Shown here: positions 48,757 through 62,400 of the stretch, one piece after another
How positions within the stretch are numbered: position 1 is the stretch's first letter
Layout of the letters: every line of letters starts with the position of its first letter
Origin: Asterias rubens
Lineage: Eukaryota
Direction of reading: 5' to 3'
Length of the DNA stretch: 64,000 nucleotides
Assembly: GCF_902459465.1 (NCBI RefSeq)
Contig: NC_047066.1
Span: forward strand, 19,344,001 to 19,408,000
The notes under the pieces: generated by a model
What the model was told of the DNA's origin: nothing
What the model saw: only the letters and a program-made list of their open reading frames with translations
The model's database searches: none
Program-made: the position numbers and the translations under genes

Positions 48757-51499
48757 TTATGGAGTAGTTATACCATGAGACAGTTCCTGTTTGGTGGATA
48801 CCTCTGACCATGTAGGTAGTGCTCTGACTAGAACTGGCTAAACTGATTGACTATAATTAAATGAATATAGATCCAGTTATAATGTATGCATGTACTAGTT
48901 AGATATGCACAGTCAACCTGATGACCTACAACCAATGGGACAATAGGGCACCTAGTTGGGTGAAGGTCCCCAACCGGAAAGTTCGCACAAGGGACAATAG
49001 GAGGTCCTCAATTGCAGGTGTTTATAATGCGTGTGGTTATGTGTGTGTGGCTGGAATCCCAAATTTCCAAAGATATTATTCCCAAAACACCTAACCCCCA
49101 GCTGCATAGCAAGGGGAGGGGGTACCCTGGGGTGCATATCTCCTCCCACCACACAATTTTCCAGTGTCCCCAGGTCACCCCCCATCCCCCCCAAAAAAAG
49201 ATTGTGTAGTGCCTTCAAAAACGAGACAATTTTTTCCCCCGAAGTGCACTTCATGACCCTCATCTTTGAAAAACTTTACCCCTGCGCCCCCACTGAGATG
49301 CAATGCCTCGCCTACGCCAGTGCTAACCCCCATCCCTTCGCATTTAAGCAATCCCAGACTCAACCCTGTTCTACCAAGATCTATTATGTAGAGCTGTACA
49401 TTTAATGTTGATAACATTGTTTTCAAGCCTAACTGTAGTAAAGAATTTAGGAATTGAAGTGTACTACAAGCATGAGTACTGCATGTATCTTTAAATTTAA
49501 CTTTAATTAGAGCTGGCATTCCATATCGTGGCCAGCTCTGGCCAGCTACATTAAAATCAAGGTATTTAAAAAGAGAAAAACAATGACCAGAACCATCCAG
49601 ATCCTTCCAGTTCTAGCCAGTTCTTGCCAGAATTGAAGAGTTACGTGTGCACAGACAGATCTGTGGTGTAGTACCTTCATGACAATTGAGATCTAGGCAG
49701 TTTTAGCCAGGAGGGAGAACTTGTAGAACTGGTTTTAGCCAGTTTGATCAGAATTGCAATACATGTAATATCTTGTGATTGATTTTCAAGTGATGAGACT
49801 TCTATAAAGAGGATGTGTAATTTTGCCTTAATAAGTGTTGTATAGTCTAGGTCATCAAGACCGTACTAGTTCATAGAGGTTTGGCTTGTAAAGTCAGACC
49901 AACAGCTAAAAAAAAACATGATGCACTGTAGCTTTTTATGATACTTTATACCCTAACACTGCATGCATTAAAAAATTAGCTATTAGAAGATCTTATACAC
50001 TTAGTAATTCCTTCCATTTCTTGTTGCTTTTGTTTGTGCTTACAGAGATAGATCTTTTTCTTTTTCGAACCTTAAAGGTGCACAATGTATATGCAACTCA
50101 TTATGTACTTATGTTACTTTGTTTTCATTTGTTGTAGCACAGGTCTTAAGGTCTTAGTATGACATTCGTTAAAATTTTATCCAGATAATCGTGTTTTAGA
50201 TAAAACTACAAAATAAAAATATATTCTGATTTACAATCGAAACAAGAACTGAGTTTGAGTGACAATTTATTTGCAGAGAGCATGACATTTTACTATAAAT
50301 ATGTTTTGAGGCAGTTGGTACTAGTATTATCAAGTTTACACCAAGTAAAGCTTTCTGACCATGACTAATCATGTAGCAAACCTCTAAAGGCAGCTTGTAT
50401 ACTTTTGGTAATTTTCAAACACCTTTATTCTCACGTGTATCCCAATAAATGCATACAAAAATATCAAACTTGTGAAATTTGGGGCTCAGTTGGACATCAA
50501 AAGTTGAAAGAAAACAATGAAATTAATAAAAACACCCTTTGTGAATTATGTGCTTTCAGATGACTGAGAAAGGCTTTGTATGCATTAAGCCATTCAATTA
50601 TGTTCTAGACAGACTAACTTTACACTGTCATAATAGTTTGTCATTTGCACCATCACAGTTTAAACTAATTAATATCTTAAGACACACTAGTTAGTTATTC
50701 TTAATAATGAACTTATATTCTGCACACTAATGAAGGTGGAGGGTTATTGCTGTCTTCGGGGAGTAGACAACATTTCCCCCCCCCCTTGCCCGCCTCCCTA
50801 AAAAATCGCAATAGTGCTCACATAAAAGAAAGACAAAAAGAGAGAAAACAACAAATTGTTTATAATGTGTGAACGATGACCGGGATTGCTTTGCTACCGT
50901 GGCAAACAAAAAATTTCATTATGGGATGCTTGGCTTTGCCCCCCCCCCCCCCCCCCCACCAAATAAAATAATTGCCGATTACGGTCGTCCGTGCACGTAC
51001 ATGATATACCCGCGATGCCAAGACCCCCCCCCCCCCCCACGATGCCAATGCCTCCGCTTCTGCTCAAAGTTTCACGGACAACATTTTCGTGACCGTAGAA
51101 CACTAAATTCCTTCCGCGCACTGGTGAAAAAAAGTGCGCCTCTACTGAGAAAACATCGGAAAGCGAAGGACCAACACAATTAAGTTTTCCCAAGTTATTT
51201 TATTTGGGTTACTTTTGAAGAAATAAATCTTCCTTTTTATTAAAAATCTACATTTGTTTACTTTTTTAAAGAAAATAAACGCCTCGCGTAGAAATAATAA
51301 TCTTGAGTAAACGGTCCACCAAGGCATTTTCTTTGTTTTTCATTTGGTGTAATTATCACACGTTAGAACGGATGGAATAACCTTGCGACTCCTTCGGATT
51401 TCGCTATCCTAATTTACGGCAATTTTTCACAATTTTGCCAAATTTTGTCAAGCCATGGACTAAAGTGGACGCCTTAAATGATATAGACCAAATATAAAC

Positions 51500-54400
51500 T
51501 GTTTGAAGCTGGAACTGGACGAGTAAAATGGCTGAATTTCGGAAGTGAAAATGCTGCACCATCTCACTTTTTCGCCCGAGTGCGTCCGCCAATCGCCACA
51601 TTGCCGGGAGAAAGTGAGACCATACAGCCTTGGGCGAAGGCACTGGCTGCAGCTGGGCGACGGAAGTTGTGCTGAAACTTGGAACAAATTTTGTGCAACA
51701 AGAGAAACAGTTTTACTCCTGGCAGGAGGACATGGTCAAGCCTGACTAGGAGGGGGTGAGTCACCACAAAACGGTTCTTTTTAGAACCACCAGTAGTGTC
51801 GGTATATTTTTTTTACTGCAAATAATTATTAGGGGGGACAAGCACATGTTTAGCTATGATGTGTTGGAAACCCTTGTTTAATTTGTCAAAAACACTTTTC
51901 AAACTGTTGTAAGGATTCGCAACCAAATTTCTCTCAAACTGTATTTTTCATTCATGCTCGTATGTGGGTGAAATGATAAAAAAGATGAAGTAAAATGCTC
52001 GTGGGAAAAGCATTTGTTTAGCAAAGAGTTGTTTTCTCAAAAAAAAAAAAAAAAAAGCACCAAGCGAAAACTCTTTGTGACAATGACAATTGTTTGTATT
52101 CATTTGCAAGGTTTCGCACTAAAGTTATTGGATGAACTGCCTAAACTTATCTGGGGTCAAAAAGGAGGGCAATACATAATGCAATTAGACAGATTCGAAA
52201 GATAATTTAAAAGATGGGTAAAACGGAGGGTAAAAAACTAAACGGATACTGTCATTTTATAAAACTTGTGAAAATTGTGTTGAACTGTTAATTAGCATTA
52301 TTACAAGAGGTATACTTTGCTCAACGTGTGTACTATCCATATAATTATGCTTAATAATAATTTGTTGCCATGTTAGAATCATTGTAGGATACATTTGTGT
52401 TTAATTCTAACACAAGTTGTAGCCATATATAGCCTGAATTGGAATGTGGTATCCATACTCGGCTATTGTTGAACTCGCAGTGCCAAACGTGTCACTCGCA
52501 ACTGAACAATGATGCGGAAAGGTCGTGACCGGTTGTATGTCAATAGCTTCCATCAAACACACGCACTTCGCTCGGAACTGATGTAACTCATTGCATCATC
52601 AAAAGAAATAGTAATACAATTCTCAAAGGAGACGAGAAGAGGAAGAAAACTCCATTGATCTTCAACGCACTGTAACCGGTTATAGGTTCTATTGAATTAA
52701 CTTTAAATGACTTTGGGAGACAGCTAACTTTATAGAACATTTTAGTTTGTTGTACGCAATGCGATGCAAAGGCAAAATTCAACACCAACATTACAGACCC
52801 AAACAATCCACCACACGAACATTGTTAGTTATACACACTGGACTTTAAATATAAATAAATGCTCCTAAGGGAAGTTTTGACAACTGAAAAAATAGTCCTT
52901 TTTGAAAGTTGTAGAAAGCAGTAATGGAAAGGAAACAAGTTAATTGGTGCTTAGCCCGATTAGCTTTTTTTATATTATATATAACTCAAGTTCCAAGTAG
53001 TATAGGCCTAGAGTGAATGATTGAGATAACAATTGGATGAACGTGTGCCTCCTGGAGAGGGAATGAATGTTTGCTAAATGAGTGGATTAACACCTCTGTG
53101 TTGTGAAATAAAACAACAGAACAAAAATTAATTAAGTAGAACTATGAAGTAAATTAAATTAAAACAAATTAGGCTGACAGTTTTTAGTATATTCTTTTAT
53201 AAAAAATGCTCTCCTTGTACGGGTGTCCTTACAACCAAGTTCATGCTACCTTTCGTGGATTCATGAAACCTACATCATCTTTCTTTGTTTGAGATCATTA
53301 ATGAACAGTATCCTTGTTCTGTGATCATGTCTCATTTATATCCTCACATAAGGATATTTTTAAGTGTGATTCAGGTATCCACCTGTTTTCAGGGTGTGAG
53401 GTATAATAATGTGTTTTCGTACATAAAGTTGAGAATTTTTGACAGTGGAATTGTATTGAATTTGTCAAGAGATGAAGTATTGTTTCTTAACTTTGTTGGT
53501 CCGCCATTGATGTCTTGAGGTCACGGAGACTCAGATGGAAATTTCTCTTTCCGCGCTTTGTTTTATAAACATAACTTTCTTCTTGTGTTGATTCTTTGAA
53601 ATGTCTCTATTTGCCACAAAGTTATTCTCTTAGAGAAACTTTGGTGGTCTGCCATTGATGTATTGGGGTCATGAAGACACAGTTGTTGTTTTCTCTGTCT
53701 GCTCTTTGGCTTTATCAACATCTTTCTTCTGGTGTTGATTATTACATTGACATTTTCCAAGTCTGTATTTGCCACCAATTCTTTTGTTTGGAGAGAATGG
53801 TAGCATCATTTTTTAGTGATCCCTGCTCTTGTAAAGTCCACATTCAAAGGATTTTGATAAAAAGGTAGGTAAACACATGAATCTGGTTTACAGAAAAAGA
53901 AAATTTCTGCCACAATACTAAATCTCCTGCTTAGTTTGTTAATGTGTATATTGGCAATACTGGCAAGTTTAAGTAGGTTACAAGTTAGTAAATAAATCAC
54001 TCTAAGGTGGTTATTAGGATACTCTGTGTCAATTCAAGACAGCTTTCTTTTGCTGTCACTCTCACCTAGGGAGGTTCTACCAACGGTCCCCCTCCAAACC
54101 TTTCTTCTTATTTCCTCATCTCAGAGAATCTCTCTGCCTGTGAACCTTAATCACTTTTTCTCAGACAAACCAAGGACAATTTTTTGTGTCAGGGATAAAA
54201 CTTTTAAGGTAAGTGTCTGTACATGTATACAATGTAAGACATATTTACAACTTCTTATGTCTTTAATGGTTATGATTGTTGTAAGTAGTTAAAAATAATA
54301 AGGTATATTAGTAAGTATGGTAATTAGTAAGTATAGTCTATTGATTAACTATTGTTTATTTTGTACTATATAGGCTTTCATTTCGTTTTTGTTTTTGTAA

Positions 54401-56290
54401 GAAAGTTTATTTGCTGATATGTCAGCTTAGAAACCCATTCTTCTTATAATAATTTTGTTTTCTATGTGATATCTCTGACTCTGGAAATGGATCTCTTTTT
54501 CTATATACACTTTCATGACAATCTGTTTTGTCAGCAGCTCAAGGTAAGTTTCTGTACATGTATGGGTATGGTTACCATGTCAGAAATATTAATTACTACT
54601 TGTTCTGTCTTACATTCTGGTAACATAGGTGTGCTCTGAGTGTATAAAACCTTTATAGGGGTTTATATTTTGTGTAGTTAATAAGGTTCAAATTTATTAG
54701 TATTAGCACGATAAATGAGTAAGTGTAGTCTGTTACAATTATTTTGTTTTTATTGTAAGGCGCTTAATTAATTTTTAGTATGGAAAATGCGCGGTATATT
54801 ATTATTTGTATTAGTCTGTGGTGCAAATTATTGGGTTTTTAAATGTCCCCCTTTGGATACTTTTCCTTTCAACCCACCCCATTTGTCTCTTGTCTATGAT
54901 ACAATTTCTTTTGGCTATCATGCCATCTTGGAAACCAGTTCCTTTGTCTTATCTTTCAACAATTCTCTTATCTATCATGGACTCTGGATCTCTTTGTTTA
55001 AAGATGCAGTCCCCATCCCATGAGAATCTATTTGGTATGGGATGACCAAAGGTAAGTTTCAGTATGTGTAGGTATGTTTGCAGTGTCAGACATATTTACA
55101 ACTTGGTATGTCTTACTGTCTTAGGTGTATTTTGTGTATAAGTTTAGTGGTAGACAATTTTAAAAGTAAGTAGTTAATATAATAATGTAGAAGTATATCA
55201 GTAAGCGTGTTAAATGAGTATGTGTAGTCTACGGTGTAAATTATTGGGATTTTGATTTGTTTTTTTCTTTAGACACCTTTTCTTCACATTCACATGTCCT
55301 CTTGTCTTGTCCTTATTACGAGACATATTCTCCTTATCATACATTTCTTATCTTATAAATATCCCTTCTCCTCTCTATCTATGGACTCTGAATCTGCAGT
55401 CCCCATCTCATGACAACTTGTTTTTGTAAGGGAAGGTAAGTGATGTATATGTATGGGTTCACACTGTCTCACACTCTGGTAATATTGTAGATTATACAGA
55501 ATAAGTGCAATCGGTAATATTTGTTAGTGGTCAAAATACAAGTATATTAACACCAAGTATATCAAGCGTGATAAATGAATAAGTGTAGTATATAGAAATT
55601 TTTTTTGTTTCTTTACTTATCTATTCTTTTATTTATGACCCACTACCCTTTTCATCCATTTCTTTTGGCCCCAAACGGTCGGTGTAAGACACTCAGTTTC
55701 TTTGGGTTGTCACCTCACGGTATCCTCAGCTACATTCGCCATCTATTTTCATACTTTCCTTAAAAAGTCAATACAAGGTTCTGCTCTCTTTGACTCTCCC
55801 TATACTGCCCCATTGTGCAGTAACACATGCTTGTTCTTTCAAAGGCAAGTAGGTACACCTGTCAGTTGCCACATCTAGTAATAGTAGCAATGACAGCATT
55901 GTTCCCTCTGGCGATACTGTATGGGTGCCTTTAGTAAAGGTCATACAATCATGTAGTAATTGCTCTGTGTGTATGTAACAAGTTAGTAGGCTGTTTAGGA
56001 GGAACTATGTGCATCATGAAGATTACATTTTGTTTTCTACTATTTATCTGGTTATCTTTTCAACCTAATGTATCAGCAAGTGACCTTCCTCTCACTTAAG
56101 TGTCTATTTTGGTTGTTCGGTCTTAAAGCACAAAACCTCTCCTGTGCTTGTAAAACCCATCTTGGGATGAGAATTAAGAAAGGAAATAGATGGTGCACAA
56201 TCTATTTTCGCTCTCAATTCAGATTCCTTTCTTCTGCTACCCTTTTTCTCCTTTCATTTCCTTGGCCTTGTCATGAATCAGGTAAGTGTA
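51500..56290 (+). ncRNA. Putative spliced non-coding transcript (candidate lncRNA) with duplicated exon-intron modules
   Basis: YY1-like AAAATGGC 51525 and ETS CGGAAGT 51540/51661; donor-like GTGAGT 51756; consensus AG|GTAAGT at 54209, 54544, 55052, 55436 and 56282, with T-rich acceptors upstream. The candidate exons I translated contain stops. Confidence 0.3.
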
Positions 56291-58159
56291 TGCGAATAAG
56301 GAAGAAAGCTTACAAAAACACATTAATTTGATGATTAAGGAAACAGAGGATAAAGTAAACATTTTTGAGAGTGCTCGTGTCAAAAAGAGACAAGTAGGCT
56401 GCACAATACTTGGATGTGATCAAGGGAGATACGTGGAAACGGCAACGGATATAGGAAGTTGTCAATTCTGTCAGGACCACGACTTTGGAAGAGCCCTGCA
56501 TTACACTGCTTTCTTTAAAAAAACAAAAAATTAATAGAGACATTAAATATTTAATGTATGTATAACTACATTAGTTCGCACTTAATTAATTTTTTGATTT
56601 AAAGTTAATTAATTAAATAACTGATGAGTGAATTAAAGAGCATGTGAATTAATGGATGGGAGATGGATGCATAGGTTGCTGCTATAAAATGGAACTTGAG
56701 TTAATTAATTGAACTAAAATTGAATATAGGGCCTAGTTAAATAAAATCTAGGTAAATGAAATTTGTTTCACCAAACATAAAACTCCTAAACAAACATTCA
56801 TGCAAGTTACAACAGCAAACGCATCGCATTGCTAATGCGTAGCTTTGGGTACGATGAAGCCCTCGCGTGTTCAAAGATGGAAACTGAGACGAGGTTGTCA
56901 TTTCTTAATGATGTACCAAAAACATTAACTGACTCTGGATACTGATAAAAATGTCAGAAATCTTCAGGCTGTGACACCACGCTCAACAAAGATATCTCCA
57001 ACATCAGTGCCAGTCAACCACGCTCATGTATGTTTTTTCGCCACTTCCACCACGAAATCATCATTGCAAGTTTTTCTGCAAAACCCATCGAGGACCAATT
57101 AAGCTGCGCCCATCACAAACACCCAGAAAGCACCAATGTGGACGCGACTTTTAACCACGCCCGTCAAAGTTAACCAACGTTGTCAATGTGAATGCGTCAA
57201 TTAACCATTGCTCACCCAAGACAACCAAGAAAGCATCGATGTCATGTGTTCATATGTGGCTGTATCTTTTAAACACACCCTGAAGAGAAAGGATGGACAA
57301 AAAAACATTAATGTGACTTTATCATAGCTATAACTTTTCAGTGGAGTAAACAATGGCTAAACAAAAGTAATGTTGGGTCAAAGATAACAGACACATAAAC
57401 AGTTCATGTAAAAAAATTTTAAACTATAGTTTTGTATAAAGTTGGTGTTATTACACAACTTGGTATGCACCTTTGCAATACAGTCTTCAAGATCCTGGTC
57501 ATAACTTTAATGTAGTAAATAACTATTGTATTAATGTTGCTGTAGGCCAAGAATAATTTATGTGTAGAGTTTACAACTCTTTATAGCTATTGAGTCACCA
57601 CAGGCGCAATGTTTGTTATCGACAAAGAACGTATAATAACGTCGAGGGCGCACTCATCACTCGGAAACAGCTTAATTTCCAAAGGAGGAAACATTTTGTA
57701 TGTGAACAAATAATGAACAACTTCGGAAGTAAAGAGGAGCGTTTTGAACATTGAGAACAGTCTTCCATTCCGCTGAGAACATTTTAATTCTATGGTTTAA
57801 ATTATATCAAATTACAACACATTGTATAACACGCAAAAGCATTTACACTTTTAAACTGAGAAAAACAATAATTTTTATTTATTAATAAACTGTTTTATTT
57901 TTCTTTAAGTAAACTGAAATCTGAAACATGTATGAAGTGAAGGGCGGGAATGTGAATGTGTCAGTATAAACTGTATAAAATAGCAAAAAACAACTATTCC
58001 GTAAAAGAACAAATAAATAAGTTTATTTTATAAATGGCTCTATGGAAAATACCATTCCATAGGTTCTGAAATGGTCTCTTTGATGCTGAAACATGGTGGT
58101 AGAAAGATATCTTCAAAAGCTTCTTTGCTCTAACCAACCTGAGGAGAAGATGATGAAAC

Positions 58160-58335
58160 TGTCAGGTTGGCGTATGTGGTCTTTCCTCGCCTTCCACCTC
58201 TAAGAGCCTGGTTCGAATCACGCCATGGGCACTACTTGGATTAGGTTTTCAGTCCCTACCTGACTGCTTGGGTTTTCAATTGACTCATTCTCTGGGGTTT
58301 CCCGCCCTTGGTGTAAAACTGAAACGCTTCCTTTT
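58160..58335 (+). mobile_element. tRNA-derived SINE fragment
   Basis: CTCGCCTTCCACCTCT..G..CCTGGTTCGAATC head followed by a GGGTTTCC-type core. Confidence 0.5.
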
Positions 58336-58984
58336 CCTTGTCTTTATTTCTTGGGTCACTGGCATTCACTTTTCTGAAAGTCCTTTGATTCAAAACCACT
58401 GAAAAAAAGAAAAGAAACGAAAGTCTAAAGGAATTTATGGAGATTTCTTCAACTGCTCTTGCATGTCTGCTCAACTGTGAATACATTGAGCGGTGTGATG
58501 TGTCTATTTATTTAGATATGCCTAGTATTTCATAAGGCTAATATCAGTTTCTAATATTATAACGTATTTCAAAGAGTATGTATCAACGAAACAATACTAC
58601 AAAATAACTTGAGGGTGCGAGAAGTGTGAATGTTTGGTTGGCTCGATCGATGGGTAATGTTTACTGCTTTCAATAAACTGTCCATTAGTAGTTGTTTTTA
58701 AACCAATACTCTAAGATCATTCATTCAAACATAATTTCATATAAAACACAATTCATCGTCAACACGCGTGCCAAGCGAATAGTTACAGGATAAACGAACA
58801 ATGAAGATCAACCATTAGCTATGTCTTCACGGAGCAATTTTGTCAATGAGGAATTACTAGGCGGATTTAAACTTCAAGAAAATCAGCAATGTGCGCAAAT
58901 GGATATAGCTTGTACTTCTTTGCTTCAAACTCAAGACATTGATAATTTTACTGTTATGTATACCTCTGTGGATCTACGAATAAA

Positions 58985-59490
58985 CCTCACTGGATATACC
59001 GCACTGGGTTACCTCACTGGATATACCTTACTGGATATACCTCAATGGATATACCTCAATGGATATACCTCACCGGATATACCTTACTGGATTAACCTAA
59101 ATGGATATACCTAAATGGATATACCTCACTGTGGATATACCTCACTGGAAACCTAAATGGATATACCTCACTGGATATACCTCACTGGATCTACCACAAT
59201 TGATACACCTAACTGGATATACCTCACTGGACCGTAGCTCAATAGATATACCTCACTGGATATACCTCAATGGATATACCTCACTCTATATACATCACTG
59301 GGTATACCTTACTGGATTTACCTCAATGGATATACCTCACTGGATATTGTACCTCAATGGATATACCTCACTGGATAAACATCACTGGGTCTACCTCAAT
59401 TGATACACCTTACTGGATATACCTCAATAGATCATATACCTCAATGGATATACCTCAATGGATATACCTCACTGGATATACCTCACTGTA
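58985..59490 (+). repeat. Degenerate 14-bp minisatellite (TGGATATACCTCAC/A)n
   Basis: About 35 imperfect units; explains the repetitive GYTSLDIPHWIYL ORFs in all three + frames. Confidence 0.92.
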
Positions 59491-62400
59491 CAAAGGGTCC
59501 ATACCTCGCTGCAAGTACCCTATCCTCAAGCAGAGGTTGACCACATCGGCCACAATCTATGAAACCTCCAAGTCTTTATTGAGAAAGAGTATAAACAAAT
59601 CAAGACAAATGTTATGTAAAGGGTTGTCATTACATACTTTTATAAATGTATAAGAAAATACTTATATAATTGTATTTTTGTTATAGTTTAAATGGCTTAT
59701 TCCAAACAACAGGTGAACTACAAGACATTATTATTGGAAGTGAGCAATTTCTTACATCAAAACATTTACAATGAGGAAAACAGCAAACTAATCTTCGAAC
59801 AAGCTGGAAGTGACATACACACCAGGACACTGTTGCAAGTGAACAGTTTTTAGAGTGAACATTTTGACTCTCTATATATAGAAAGCAGCAAAGTTTACAA
59901 GGAAAATGACAAGGACAATACATTTCGAATTGTATCCACCATCCGAGCAAGCTAGACCACCAAGCGCATTGCCAACAATTTTATTTTAAAATTACACACT
60001 TTTTCGTTTGAAACAGTCATGCAAACGTTAACAAAAACGAATACAACATCTAAATTGTCTTTGATAAATTTTATAAGAAGTTTAGTATGAACGCGTGTTA
60101 GACATCAGATGAATGAAAAGAGATGGGTTTCCGTGTGTTAAGTGTGTTAAACACTATTGATAAACAAACTTATAGGTAAACTAAACAAATAATGTAAACT
60201 TAGGAATTCGGTCAAAGGAAACAAGGTTGTTATTGGTGGGAATTGCTCAAGGAATAACGCATGTCTTCATTATCAAGTTGTACATCACCTTCTCTCCTAT
60301 TGACAAGGATTACGTTCCTCTTCCTCAAGAGTTGGTAGCCATGACTACTTTTGCATGCAGACAGTTTCAACTTTTCGTTCTATGTCAAAGTTCCCAAAGT
60401 CTTTTCTAGTTTCTTCTTCATTTGCCATGATATTTGAGTGTGACTATATCTTTGGAAAAAAATGGTCCCTTGATTCAAAATCACATTAAACCTGTCACTA
60501 ATGTGGACATGCACCTCTAGTTTTCCTTCTCCTGTTATCTTAAGGACAAGGTATTTCTTTTTTATCTTGAAAGAGAAGATACCTCGACAAATAATTTTAT
60601 TGGTTTGTTGACCTTGAACAGACATAATGGTTGCAGAAAAGGTAAGTGTGTATACACATATAATACGGGCAATCTTCAGGCCTACTGCAGGACAACATTA
60701 GTCATAACTTCATCGTCTTCAGCCTCCTTTTACACGTATTTTTTTGTATGTGAGTTGATACGACACGAGTACTGAGTATGAGTGATATTACTGAATCAGT
60801 GGATTGAATGAATTTCGAAAGTGTGATCGAAATAGTCAGTTAACCCATTGAAAGGGTACTTTCTACTTTAATTAAATAAGACTAAAACAATTAAATTGAC
60901 GTAAGGTTTACAGACATCAAACATTACCCATTCAGTCAAACAGACAACAACGTCTTTACGTCAACACGTGACATCACATAAGCGTTTGTGCACTACAAAC
61001 TGGAATTAAAAACATTACGTCATCGCGTGGATGGATGCACCGATCAGGATCGCGATTGAGAGTAGTCCGCGTCATCAAACCGCGAACACCTGCTCTGAAA
61101 GTTAAACGAAACTGTGGGTGCTCTGATATGTCTGTGGATGTATAAGATTGGAACAACGCACTTTGTGTAGACGTTTATACAATTTATTGCCCCATAATGT
61201 AATAACTGTTAACTATATGAAAAGCAAGAATAATGATCATCAATAAGCGAGAAAGCTGTTGACATCATGAAGTAAAGTATCCCAGGAAATGATGTACTCA
61301 GTGAGAACTCTTTTTGAACGATATAGCTTGTTCTATGTAGGCTCTGTGCAGCCAAAACATTGTATTCTGCTATGTTTTATTGTCCGTTTTGAAAGATATT
61401 GTATTACAGGGTGGTTCACCACGTATTACTTTCGAGTTTCTTAAGTGTCAAAGTCAAACTAAATAAAGCAAGTTTTATTTTAGTAGATGTAAGTTCATTG
61501 GAACTATTATATTTTAATGCGTCTAACTTGAGCTCACCAAAAGTCCACAATGGAAGGAGTTACCAACGAAATATTTTCTTCCAACAATATGGAGGCTCTG
61601 TGCAGCCAAAATCGTGTTGTACAAAATGCTATCATTATTATGAGGTTTCAATATAATGTTATGTGAGTGTCATAGGCTAAGTGTGAATGTCATGAGTAAA
61701 GTAAGTTTTATTTCAGGAAATGTCTAGTTGTCAGTAATTCATGGAAGCATCCAAGAAGACGCAATAGGTCTTTTAAATTTTGCTATTTATGGCAAATAAA
61801 ATTAGTTACCTCTGCATTAAAAATGCGCACGGCGTAAATTACTCTTACCTACCGGAATTTCAGGGAGGAACTTGTTAGAAAACAGCATTGTGGTCAAGGA
61901 ACGGTGTACTTCATACAACTCAAGGTAATACATCTTACTTATTTTTGAGTTATTTTAGGCCTAATTTAAGTCTTTAGTTCATCACAGTTACATGCTTAAT
62001 TATAGTGGATAGAATAGGCCTAATAATCGACACTATTTTGTGTGTGGTTTTATTATTTTCATTCTTTAGGAATGATTCTATTTGAAGAAAAAGAAAAACT
62101 TGTTCAGGACATCATTTTGTTAGGTGAGGAACGGGCGGCTTTGTGGGGAAATGGAGGAGGCCGTTTAAAAACTGTTATTACACTTGTAAAACTTTGTGTT
62201 TTTTTATATACATTTTTAAAAAGTATAGGCCTTTGTTAGAAGTTCGATCGAAAAAATAACAAACTTTGAAAACTTGCCGATCAGAAGTGATTATTAATTT
62301 GTTGTTGTCGTGATGTAGGCCTATAGTTCTTAACTGCTGATACCTGCGCCTAAAATAATATACATTCTCCTTGCGAGATGCTTCTCCCGGCACCCGCTAG

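Noticed and set aside
48952-51193. Gly/Pro-rich ORFs around 49.0-49.5 kb and 50.7-51.2 kb
   Set aside because: Produced by poly-C/G tracts within probable GC-rich MITE relics; no splice or domain support.
54209-55436. snoRNA-host-gene interpretation of the repeated modules
   Set aside because: I found no box C (RTGATGA)/box D (CTGA) pairs with terminal stems in the short introns I read.
56830-57190. Possible exon or promoter (METETRLSFLNDVPK...; GC box and CCAAT on the minus strand)
   Set aside because: Tandem in-frame stops and no recognisable homology; the motifs alone are too common.
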